Assembly: GCA_963703345.1 (NCBI GenBank)
Contig: OY969814.1
Span: 288,001 to 352,000 of the forward strand
Length of the DNA: 64,000 nucleotides
Reading direction: 5' to 3'
DNA from: an uncultured Chloroflexia bacterium
GTDB lineage: Bacteria > Chloroflexota > Dehalococcoidia > DSTF01 > JALHUB01
Position numbers and translations under genes: made by a program. Shown one piece after another: positions 20,200-28,535 of this stretch (position 1 is its first letter; each line of letters opens with the position of its first letter). A model generated the notes under the pieces. It had not been told where the DNA came from. It saw nothing but the letters and a program-made list of their open reading frames with translations, and did no database searches.

Positions 20200-21216
20200 A
20201 TGCCCTGGAATGACATGCGACCAATCTTTCGGCCGGAAGGCGTCCATATGGGCGTCATGCGTGCCGACCCGAAGAAGTGCACGCGGACTCGCGGCTCGTC
20301 CTGCCAGTTCTGCTGGGAGAACTGCCCTTTTCGCGCCTGGGAGCTCGTGGAGGGGCAGGAACCGCGGCTGGCGGCAGGCTATGCCTGCTTCAGTTGCCAC
20401 AACTGCGTCGTCGCCTGCCCGCGGAACGCCATCTCCGCCGTCGAGCCGTATCACGTCGGTGAGGGCTACTTCGTCACGCTGCCGAAGGGCATCGAGTTGC
20501 GACGTCCCGTGAAGCCGCTGGACGCGGAGGGCAAGCCCGACGAGTGGACGCCTCTAGAGAAGGCGGTCCTGAACCGTCGCAGCGTGCGCAACTTCAAAGA
20601 CAAGCCGGTCCCGGAGCATCTGGTGAGGCGCGTGCTTGAGGCGGGACGGTTCGCGCCCAGCGCCGGCAACTGCCAGCCGTGGAAGTTCATCGTTGTCAGC
20701 GACAGGGCGCTGCTGAATGAGATGAACGAGGCGATGTTCAACGCTCTGAGCATCGTTGCCACGACGTACACGGACGACGAGATGGTCAAGCAGGTCGCCG
20801 CGGCGGTCGAATCGACGGGGCAGGCGCCGGGAAGCTTCGATCCGCGCATGGCGCTGGGAGTGATGAGATCAATTGGCAGGAGATATAAGCCGGTCTTGCT
20901 CGGCGCGCCGGTGGTCATCCTGATGCTAGAGGACCAGCGGGCGGTTTCGGCCGGCGGGATCAACGTAGGGATATGCGGACAGAACATGACCCTGGTCGCC
21001 AACTCGCTGGGGTTGGGCGCATGTTGGGTGGGCTTCGTGACGGTGCTTTCGCGGTTGCCGGGGTGGCCGGAGAAGCTGGGAATTGCGCCGCCCTGGAGGC
21101 TCGTGGCGTCGGTGGCGCTCGGCTATCCGAAGTTCAAGCAGGAAGGGATCGTGCCGCGCGAGTATCGCCCGGTGACCTGGTTCCGCGAGGGCGCCGCCGG
21201 CTCTTTCGACGAATAG
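20200..21216 (+). CDS. Ferredoxin-nitroreductase fusion protein
   Basis: Two 4Fe-4S motifs (C..C...CP, CFSCHNCVVACP), RRSVR.F, APSAGNCQPW; AGGAGG RBS. Confidence 0.92.
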   Translation: MPWNDMRPIFRPEGVHMGVMRADPKKCTRTRGSSCQFCWENCPFRAWELVEGQEPRLAAGYACFSCHNCVVACPRNAISAVEPYHVGEGYFVTLPKGIELRRPVKPLDAEGKPDEWTPLEKAVLNRRSVRNFKDKPVPEHLVRRVLEAGRFAPSAGNCQPWKFIVVSDRALLNEMNEAMFNALSIVATTYTDDEMVKQVAAAVESTGQAPGSFDPRMALGVMRSIGRRYKPVLLGAPVVILMLEDQRAVSAGGINVGICGQNMTLVANSLGLGACWVGFVTVLSRLPGWPEKLGIAPPWRLVASVALGYPKFKQEGIVPREYRPVTWFREGAAGSFDE

Positions 21217-21332
21217 GACGCCGATCGCGGCGCACAAGCGGCTGACCGCGCGTCCACCATCTACTCGTCGGGATGCTATCCTCGAAGCCGGTCTGCCGGC
21301 AAGCGGCCGCGTTGGGCCGTACTAACCTGTAG

Positions 21333-22490
21333 ATGTATGATCATGACGTGGGTGATTTGAGTTCCTCCGCGCCCTCGTCAGACGGCCGGAAAGCGCTGGC
21401 TGCCCGCGTCGGTGGGACACGGACAGTCCTTCTCTGGGCCGTAGCCGTACTGTACCTCTCCGTCCTGTTTGTCCTCGACGTCTTGACGCCGCGAGGGTTC
21501 GAGATCGAGGAGCTATACCTACCACTCATCTTTGCGATAGCGCTTTTCGGCAGACCTCGCCAGGCGCTAATTGTGGCGCTGGCGGCTTCCGTGCTTGCCG
21601 TCGTCGGCTACTTCTTCTCGCCGGCGGGCATCGCCATGGGTTGGGCCGTGGGAAACCTGATGCTAGGCCTCCTGACGATCTGGGTCACGGCGTCGCTGGT
21701 GCTGTTCACGAGGAACTTATGGGCAGCGAACGCCGACTTGCAGACCGAGATCACGCAGCGCAAGCGGGCGGAGGAGGAGCTCACGAAGGCGCTTGAGGTC
21801 AAAGACGACTTCCTGGGGATGGTGTCGCACGAGATGCGAACGCCGCTGACGAACGTAATGGCCAGTGCCGCGCTGCTCGATAACCGCGAGCTGACTTTAG
21901 CCGAGGAGGAGAAGACGGAGGTCCTGACAGAGATGCGACTCAGCTCGGAACGGCTGGCGAAGACCATCGACAATATGCTGGCGTTGGCCCGGGTGCAGGC
22001 GGGTAGGAAGATGGAGGTCGAGTCCATCTCGCTGCAAGCGCTGGTCGACGAGCAGATGGCGCAGCACCTCAAGCGATACGAATCACGGAAGATCGGTGTT
22101 AGCCAGGATGGGGCGGTGCCCGAGGCGAAGGGGTCCGCCGACTACGTTCGGCACGTCATATCGAATTTCCTGGAGAACGCCGAGAAGTACTCGCCGCGAC
22201 AAGAGCCGATCCTTGTCGAGCTGCGGCGCGAGGGCGACGAGGTCGTCGTGCGCGTGCTGGACGGCGGTGTCGGCGTGACGGAGGAGGAGGCGGAGCACAT
22301 TTTCGAGCCGTTCTACCGGTCGCCGCGGGTGACGAGTGGCTCGTCGGGGATGGGCATCGGCCTGTCGGTCTGCAAGCGACTGGTGGAGGAGCAGGGCGGA
22401 CGGATCTGGGCGATTCCGCGGCCGGGCGGCGGCAGCGAGTTCGGATTCAGCCTTCCCGCGGCATCGGATGGCGGGGCGCCGCGCGGCTAG
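21333..22490 (+). CDS. Membrane sensor histidine kinase (no adjacent regulator)
   Basis: SHEMRTPL H-box, NFLENAEKY, DGGVG, GMGIGL; N-terminal TM helices. Confidence 0.93.
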   Translation: MYDHDVGDLSSSAPSSDGRKALAARVGGTRTVLLWAVAVLYLSVLFVLDVLTPRGFEIEELYLPLIFAIALFGRPRQALIVALAASVLAVVGYFFSPAGIAMGWAVGNLMLGLLTIWVTASLVLFTRNLWAANADLQTEITQRKRAEEELTKALEVKDDFLGMVSHEMRTPLTNVMASAALLDNRELTLAEEEKTEVLTEMRLSSERLAKTIDNMLALARVQAGRKMEVESISLQALVDEQMAQHLKRYESRKIGVSQDGAVPEAKGSADYVRHVISNFLENAEKYSPRQEPILVELRREGDEVVVRVLDGGVGVTEEEAEHIFEPFYRSPRVTSGSSGMGIGLSVCKRLVEEQGGRIWAIPRPGGGSEFGFSLPAASDGGAPRG

Positions 22491-22571
22491 CGGAAGGCGT
22501 GCGCCGGCGGCGTGGCTCGTGGTGCATCGGTGGGACCCCCTGTTGTCGACGGCGAAAGCAGCCGTTAAGCC

Positions 22572-22820
22572 ATGTGGAACAACCACGAGGTGGACTTCAT
22601 GCAGTTGCGAGACGGCTTAACGGCAACCGCGAAGACAACGCACGAATTGCACCCTCGCACCGGCGAGCCCGCTGTCCTGGTGGTCGCGGGTGTCGATGAC
22701 GACCTTCGCCCGTTCTTACTCACGCTCCGGGACGACGAGATCATCGGGCTGTGCGCGGAGGCGGAGGTGGCGCTGGGGCACCAGGACACTTCGTGCGCTC
22801 CTCGTAAGCTGCGAGGGTAG
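22572..22820 (+). CDS. Small hypothetical protein
   Basis: 82-aa ORF filling an intergenic gap with protein-like composition; no motif recognised. Confidence 0.45.
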   Translation: MWNNHEVDFMQLRDGLTATAKTTHELHPRTGEPAVLVVAGVDDDLRPFLLTLRDDEIIGLCAEAEVALGHQDTSCAPRKLRG

Positions 22821-22876
22821 GCGCGGTCTATCGTTCGCCGGCGCTTTCTTGAATGCGGTCCGCGTGTCTCCGGGGG

Positions 22877-25800
22877 CTAGCGGAAGTTGTGCGCGGGCGG
22901 CGTGACGAGCGACGCCTCGACGCGCAGGGGTGTGAACTTTTCGGCGACAACGTTCAGCGTCCCTTCCCGCTTCTGTAACTTCCCACGCACCAGCAGGAAC
23001 GGCTCCGTCCGGATGACGCTCCGCGACGCGGCGTAAAGCCCCGGCTTAACCACCACATTCGCCAGCCCGAACTCGTCCTCCAGCAGCAGGAAGACGAAGC
23101 CCTTCGCCGTCATGGGGTGCTGGCGGCAGACTACGAGCCCCGCCATATCCACAGTCGCGCCGTCTGCCAGCCTGTCGAGATGCTTGCTGGAAACGACGCC
23201 CTCGTGCAGGGCGCGTCGCACGAAGGCCAGCGGATGGTGGCCGGGCGAGAGGCCCAGGTTCTCATACTCGGCTGCCATGCGCTCCCAGGCCGTCATGTCG
23301 GCCAGCGACACCATGTCCTGCTCGATGGGCAGCGGCAGCGGCATCTGCCTGCCTGCCGGACCGTCGTGCGGGCGGATGACCAACCCCGCCTGCCACATCG
23401 GCGTACGACGATTGGCGACCAGCGCTTCGAAGGCGCCCACCGACGCCAGGTTCTCGACGGCGGTCTGCGGCAGTCGGCTGCGGTTCATAAGCTCCCACAC
23501 CGAGCCGTAGGGCCCGTTGCGCTGCCGCTCCTCTTCGACAGCCTGCGCCGCGCTCTCGCCGATGCCGCGCACGTAGGCGAGGCCCACTCGCACGGCGTCG
23601 CCCTCCGGCCCGTCTTCGACCGTGCAGCGGGCGCCGCTGAGATTGATGTCGGGGTTGAGCACGCCGACGCCGTGTCGTTTGGCGTCGTTGGTGAAGACGT
23701 GCGGCGCGTAGAAGCCCATGGGCTGGGCGTTGAAGAGGGCGCAGTAGAACTCCGCCGGATAGTACTTCTTCAGCCAGGCCGACTGGTAGGCGAGGACGGC
23801 GAAGGCGGCGGAGTGGCTCTTGGGGAAGCCGAACTCGGCGAAACCCAACAGCTTGTCGAAGACCGTCTGCGCCGTCTTCTCGTCGACGCCGCGGGCCAGC
23901 GCGCCTTCGCGGAACTGCTGCCAGAAGCCCTGCATCGCCTCCCGGGAGCGCTTGCGGCTGATGGCGCGTCGGAGGGCCTCCGCCTGGCCGGCGGTAAAGC
24001 CTGCCAGCGCCATCGCGACCTGCAGGACCTGGTCCTGGTAGATCACGACACCCAGCGTGTCTTTGAGGGCGTCCTCCAGCGACGGGTGATCGTAGGTGAC
24101 GGGCTCTTTGCCCTGCTTACGACGCACGAACGGGTTCACCGCCTTGCCGACGATGGGCCCCGGCCGGACGATGGCGACCTCCTGCGTCAGCTCTTCCAGG
24201 GAGCGCGGCTGCGTGCGCGGCAGGAGCTGTATCTGGGCGCGGCTCTCGATCTGGAAGACGCCGATGGTGTCGCCGGCGCAGATCATGTCGTAGACGGCGG
24301 GATCGGTGAAGTCGATGCGGCTGAGGTCGACGCAGCGACCGCGGCGGGCGGCGATGATGTCGATGCAATCCTCGACGAGCGAAAGCATTCCCAGCGCCAG
24401 GAAGTCGATCTTGATCATGCCAGCGTCGTCGACAGAGTCTTTGTCCCACTGGCAGACGTAGCGGCCGGGCATGCCGCCCCTTTCGATGGGCACGAGTTCG
24501 GCGACGGGCTTGGAGGAGATGATCATGCCGCCGACGTGCTGCGAGAGGTGACGCGGCATACCATCGATCTCCGCCGCCAGCGTCACGAGGTCGCGCCAGA
24601 GGAGAGCGCCGGCCTTGCGACTGAACTCCGGCAGCGAAGCCATTTCTTCCGGCAGATGGTGGGCGTGTCGCGCCTCGACGCGTTTCGCCAGCTTGTCGAG
24701 CTCCGCTTCCGGCAGGCCGAGCGCTTTGCCGACATCGCGGACGGCGGAGCGCATCTTGTAGCTGATGATCTCACCGACGAGGGGCGCGTGGTCAGGCCCG
24801 AACTGGTTATGGACGCGCAGGATGAGCGCCTCGCGGATGTCGCGGGCGAAGTCGAGGTCGATGTCCGGGACGGAGGTGCCTTCTTCGTTCAGGAAGCGGC
24901 CGAAGAAGAGGTTGTAGCGCAGCGGGTCGACGTGGGAGAGGCCGATGAGATAGCAGATGAGCGAGCTAACCGAGGAGCCGCGTCCGCGCCCCGGCGGCAG
25001 CCCGGCAAAACTTCGGGGCGAGGCGCCGCGCACCTTCGCCGCCTCCTCGCGCGCCATCTCCAGGAGCTGACGGTAGACAAGGAAGAAGCCGGAGAGGCCG
25101 CGCTTGCGCACCATGCCCAGCTCCTCGCGCAGGCGGGCGTCGACCTCCGGCGTGATGCGTCCGTAGCGCTCACGGGCGGCCTCGCGGCAGATGCGCTCCA
25201 GGTGGGAGTCGACCGTTTCGCCTTCGGGCACCGGGTAGTCGCCCGGACGGGCGCCCGTCGGGGCGGGGAAGGTGTAGCCGAGGTCGCGCGTGAGGTCGAA
25301 GGTGCAGCGCTCGGCGATACGGACGCTGTTGGCGAGGGCATCGGGCCATTCGGCGAAGAGCGCCGCCATCTCTTCGGGCGACTTGAGGTAGTACTCGGAG
25401 TTCTCGCGGCGCAACTGATGCGAGGCGTCGAGCGTCGTGCGGTGGCGGATGGCGACGAGCACGTCCTGGAGTCGATGGCGTTCGCGCAGGTGGTAGTGGA
25501 CGTTGTTGGCGGCGACGCAGCCGAGGCCGAGTCGCTTCGCCAGCGTCGTCAGCGCCCGGTTGCGCTCGCGGTCGCCGTAGACGAGGTTGTTCTGGAACTC
25601 GATCCAGAAGCTCTCCCGGCCGAAGGCATCGACGTAGCGCCGCGCCGCTGCTTCGGCCTCGCGCAGACGTCCGGCAGCAGCGAGCGACGGCACCTCTCCT
25701 CGCTTGCAGCCGGAGAGGGCGATGAGGCCTTCGCTGTGGCGGGCCAGCGTCTCGAAGTCCAACAACGGCTCGCCGCGCTTACCGGACGTGTGGGCGTGTG

Positions 25801-26197
25801 TGAGGAGGAGGCAGAGGTTGGCGTAGCCACGCTGCGACTCGCAGAGGAGGGTCAAATGATTGGTCGGCCACGTCGCACGTCCTTCCCTGGAAGGACTGCT
25901 CGCGGCCCCTTTTCTTTCTATTCTGAGGGGACACCCCTCAGACTCCCCGACAGGGGGCTCTGCCCCCTGTACCCCCGTTGCTCTGAGCGTGACTTCGGCG
26001 CCGGTGATGGGACGGACGCCGAACGCCTTCGCCGTCTGGGCGAACGCCATCGCGCCGTAGAGGCCGTCGTGGTCAGTGAGGGCGAGCGTGTCGTAGCCGA
26101 GCTCGCGGGCGCGGAGTGCCAGCTCCTCGGGAGTGGATGCGCCCTCGCGGAGGGAGTAGCAGGAGTGGCAGTGAAGTTCGACGTACGGCTCAGTCAT
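22877..26197 (-). CDS. dnaE2: Error-prone DNA polymerase III alpha (DnaE2/ImuC) with in-frame insertions
   Basis: ELHCHS PHP domain, GRGSS, PDIDLDF, KIDFLALGML, GFPKSH, QPMGFY, C-terminal AHNFR motif. Confidence 0.96.
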   Translation of the reverse strand: MTEPYVELHCHSCYSLREGASTPEELALRARELGYDTLALTDHDGLYGAMAFAQTAKAFGVRPITGAEVTLRATGVQGAEPPVGESEGCPLRIERKGAASSPSREGRATWPTNHLTLLCESQRGYANLCLLLTHAHTSGKRGEPLLDFETLARHSEGLIALSGCKRGEVPSLAAAGRLREAEAAARRYVDAFGRESFWIEFQNNLVYGDRERNRALTTLAKRLGLGCVAANNVHYHLRERHRLQDVLVAIRHRTTLDASHQLRRENSEYYLKSPEEMAALFAEWPDALANSVRIAERCTFDLTRDLGYTFPAPTGARPGDYPVPEGETVDSHLERICREAARERYGRITPEVDARLREELGMVRKRGLSGFFLVYRQLLEMAREEAAKVRGASPRSFAGLPPGRGRGSSVSSLICYLIGLSHVDPLRYNLFFGRFLNEEGTSVPDIDLDFARDIREALILRVHNQFGPDHAPLVGEIISYKMRSAVRDVGKALGLPEAELDKLAKRVEARHAHHLPEEMASLPEFSRKAGALLWRDLVTLAAEIDGMPRHLSQHVGGMIISSKPVAELVPIERGGMPGRYVCQWDKDSVDDAGMIKIDFLALGMLSLVEDCIDIIAARRGRCVDLSRIDFTDPAVYDMICAGDTIGVFQIESRAQIQLLPRTQPRSLEELTQEVAIVRPGPIVGKAVNPFVRRKQGKEPVTYDHPSLEDALKDTLGVVIYQDQVLQVAMALAGFTAGQAEALRRAISRKRSREAMQGFWQQFREGALARGVDEKTAQTVFDKLLGFAEFGFPKSHSAAFAVLAYQSAWLKKYYPAEFYCALFNAQPMGFYAPHVFTNDAKRHGVGVLNPDINLSGARCTVEDGPEGDAVRVGLAYVRGIGESAAQAVEEERQRNGPYGSVWELMNRSRLPQTAVENLASVGAFEALVANRRTPMWQAGLVIRPHDGPAGRQMPLPLPIEQDMVSLADMTAWERMAAEYENLGLSPGHHPLAFVRRALHEGVVSSKHLDRLADGATVDMAGLVVCRQHPMTAKGFVFLLLEDEFGLANVVVKPGLYAASRSVIRTEPFLLVRGKLQKREGTLNVVAEKFTPLRVEASLVTPPAHNFR
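25241..25264. repeat. 24-nt near-perfect palindrome in frame in dnaE2 (APTGARPG)
   Basis: GCCCGGACGGGCGCCCGTCGGGGC; removal restores YTFP-DYPVPEG. Confidence 0.65.
25863..25979. mobile_element. Family A multi-hairpin MITE/REP-like element inserted in frame in dnaE2
   Basis: Colinear with 27780-27894; hairpins CTGAGGGG-ACA-CCCCTCAG and CAGGGGGC-TCT-GCCCCCTG; adds ~39 aa between GAEVTL and HLTLL. Confidence 0.85.
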
Positions 26198-26444
26198 AGT
26201 CCTGCTTGAACCAGCAGTGGCGGGCGAGGTCGTGATATACGACGAGCGGGCGGCCGTCCTCCAGCAGCAGGCGGTAGTACAGGCGCGAGACCTCCTCCCG
26301 CCACCACTCGTCGTCGATGCGCCAGACGTCCAGCACCTGCGATACCGTCAGCCGCCGGCCCAGGACGACGGCGACAGGCTCACCTGCCTCATCCGTCGCT
26401 ACCGCCAGCGGCCGCGGCTCCTTGAGCGGGCTCAGTCCCGTCAC
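26190..26444 (-). CDS. DUF6504/ImuB C-terminal-like small protein
   Basis: V..V.D.WRIDDEWW....R.YY.L......VYHD....WF; GTG start overlaps the imuB TGA. Confidence 0.85.
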   Translation of the reverse strand: MTGLSPLKEPRPLAVATDEAGEPVAVVLGRRLTVSQVLDVWRIDDEWWREEVSRLYYRLLLEDGRPLVVYHDLARHCWFKQDYD

Positions 26445-27751
26445 GGTTCGTAGTCGATAAGGGCGTGACGCCTCTCCGGCAGTCGCGACCACGGCTCCAC
26501 CTCCACCACCCGCGATATGAGAGGCCGCCCCCAGCGCGCGCGTAGCTGGCGGGCCGTCTCGCCGAGCTGCCGCCGGAGCCCCGCTTTTTCCGCGAACAGC
26601 GTCGACTGGCGGCCGCGCTCCTCCGTTATCCCCGACAGCTCGATCGTCAACTCCTCCACCGGCGCCGGCAGGCAGACGCCCGTGGGAGCGGCGTTCGAGA
26701 GGACGCTTTTGACGATGAACAGCATTCGCTCCCAATCGGTGACGGCTTCATGGAAGGTGAGCGCCTTCTCCCAGCTCCGTCCGCCCCAGAGAGCGGCGCG
26801 CAGACGCAGGCGACGGGCGGCGCGACCGTGCAATCGCCAGTGCAGGCGCACGAGCAGGCGTCGGCAGGCGACGACCAACGCCTCGATGCTGACGGCGGCG
26901 GACGGGAAGCGCAGCGTCTCGCTCAGGAACTCTTCGGGATGTCTTGGGCGTAGCGGCTCGCGGTCGATGCCGCGGGCGAGCTCGTGGAGGCGCTTTCCTT
27001 CGCTGCCGAACTGGGCTTGCAGCGGCCCGGGCGCGAGCATCGCCAGGTCGCCGAGGGTGCGCAGGCCGTACAGGTCGAGGCGTCGCAACGTATCGGCCGA
27101 GGCGACGGAGGCGTTTAATTGACCAATTGAAATCAATTGTTTTTTCGCATTTTTCTGAACCTGGAAAGTGGTCGACTGAATCTGAGAAAAGGTGTCGAAA
27201 TGCGCCAAAAGGGCGACGTCCAGGGGGCACAGGAACTCGGCCTCTTTGCCCTCGGGGACGGTGCATACCTGGCCGGGCCGGCTGGTGACGGCGGCGGTCC
27301 AGGCGACGAATTTGCCTTCCGCTACGCCGACGGCGGTCAGGAGACCGGTTGTCTCACGCAGCGAGCGGACTATCCGCTCTCCCAGGTCCAGCTCGTCTTC
27401 ATAGTGAAGGGCCAGGCCGCCGGCGTTGAGGTAGGCGCGACCGAGAGCGCCGGGCTCGACTTCCGGGCTGAAGGTTTCGAGGACGGCGAGCAGGGAGTCG
27501 AAGACGTCGCTGTAGCGGGAGGGATGCGGCGGCAGGAAGACAGCGTCGCGGCAGAGGGCGAGCGCCGGCCGGAGCGGCATGCCGATGCGAACGCCCTGCG
27601 ATTCGGCTTCGGGCGAGCAGTCGAGGACGGCCTTTCGCTGATCGGGGGTCTCGCCGATTACGAGCGGGCGGCCGCGGAGGGAGGGATCGCGCTGTCGCTC
27701 GACGGCGGTGGGAAAGTGCGGGATGAGGATGCAGGCGATTCGCATGGCCAT
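26441..27751 (-). CDS. imuB: ImuB-like inactive Y-family polymerase with in-frame insertion
   Basis: IMS fold (L.G.PL, CS.EA...GV..GM, SPEVE, LARGID); catalytic D/DE replaced (LIPHF, ALGRAYL); QSTLF clamp motif. Confidence 0.9.
   Translation of the reverse strand: MAMRIACILIPHFPTAVERQRDPSLRGRPLVIGETPDQRKAVLDCSPEAESQGVRIGMPLRPALALCRDAVFLPPHPSRYSDVFDSLLAVLETFSPEVEPGALGRAYLNAGGLALHYEDELDLGERIVRSLRETTGLLTAVGVAEGKFVAWTAAVTSRPGQVCTVPEGKEAEFLCPLDVALLAHFDTFSQIQSTTFQVQKNAKKQLISIGQLNASVASADTLRRLDLYGLRTLGDLAMLAPGPLQAQFGSEGKRLHELARGIDREPLRPRHPEEFLSETLRFPSAAVSIEALVVACRRLLVRLHWRLHGRAARRLRLRAALWGGRSWEKALTFHEAVTDWERMLFIVKSVLSNAAPTGVCLPAPVEELTIELSGITEERGRQSTLFAEKAGLRRQLGETARQLRARWGRPLISRVVEVEPWSRLPERRHALIDYEP
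27119..27216. mobile_element. Family B AT-rich element inserted in frame in imuB
   Basis: TTGACCAATTGAAATCAATTGTTTTTT...GAAATGCGCCAAAAGGGCGA aligns by eye with 60755-60855. Confidence 0.8.
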
Positions 27752-27779
27752 TTTATCCAACAGATAGATGTTCCAGTGC

Positions 27780-27894
27780 GTCGGCCACGTCGCACGCCCG
27801 CCGGGGGCGGGACGGCTCGCGGCCTCTTTTTTTGAATCTGGGGGGACACCCCCCAGGCCCTCCGTCAGGGGGCTCTGCCCCCTGTACCCCCGTT
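27780..27894. mobile_element. Family A element in the 5' leader of the imuB operon
   Basis: GTCGGCCACGTCGCACG...CAGGGGGCTCTGCCCCCTGTACCCCCGTT shared with the dnaE2 copy. Confidence 0.85.
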
Positions 27895-27930
27895 TATGGA
27901 ATTCCTTAGTGACTGTAAGATACAGAATGC

Positions 27931-27960
27931 ATAATAGAACACATGTGCTGGCTTTGTCAA
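27931..27960 (-). promoter_or_regulatory. Sigma70 promoter with overlapping LexA (SOS) box
   Basis: Minus strand TTGACA-N18-TATTAT; AGAAC-ACAT-GTGCT at 27936-27949 (one mismatch to AGAAC-N4-GTTCT). Confidence 0.8.
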
Positions 27961-28110
27961 GAGAGGTCGGGCAGAGACGTGCGACCCTACGGAAGGATAT
28001 CCGTCTTCTTCACGCATCCTTCATGGCCAGGCGGGCCCCTGCCATAGCAGTCGCACGGCTGCCACTTAGCATTTAGCTATCCGATCGCATATTTTCGAAA
28101 GGAGACGAAG

Positions 28111-28407
28111 ATGTACGGGACTGTAGCACGAATGCGCCTGATGCCCGGCAAGGAAGCAGAGCTATCGGGGTTTCTACGTGAGTTCGACGAGTTGAAGGTG
28201 CCAGGCGCCATCTCCGAGTACCTGTACCGCATGGACGACGACCCCAACGAGTACTACTTGGTCGTCGTCTTCTCCGACAAGGAGCGGTACACAGCGAACG
28301 CGGACAACCCGGAGCAGGACGCCCGCTACCAGAAGCTGCGGGCGCTGCTGGAGGCGGACCCGGAGTGGCATGACGGCGAGATCGTCCACCACGTGTCTTG
28401 GATGTAG
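28111..28407 (+). CDS. ABM/dimeric alpha-beta barrel protein
   Basis: MYGT.A.....PG, short ferredoxin-like pattern, PEWHDGEI; AAGGAG RBS. Confidence 0.75.
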   Translation: MYGTVARMRLMPGKEAELSGFLREFDELKVPGAISEYLYRMDDDPNEYYLVVVFSDKERYTANADNPEQDARYQKLRALLEADPEWHDGEIVHHVSWM

Positions 28408-28535
28408 CGGCCTAGACGTCCTTCCTGGGCGCGACACGTCGTCCGCCGGTGGGCAAAGGCTTGCGCGCCACCAGGCCAGCGCCGATGATCTATCTGAGGC
28501 CGGCTCAAGTCACTGAGCGGCCCGGATAGAGACAC

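Noticed and set aside
23117-26209. 1030-aa plus-strand ORF and many other long overlapping ORFs (e.g. 30781..32613, 47001..48449)
   Set aside because: Antisense or shifted shadows of high-GC genes with no motifs.
25863-27216. Inteins in DnaE2/ImuB
   Set aside because: Inserts are under 40 aa, lack intein terminal motifs, and match non-coding DNA repeats instead.
27760-27775. Second LexA box near the imuB start
   Set aside because: Only one half-site (GAAC) is good; the other half is too degenerate.
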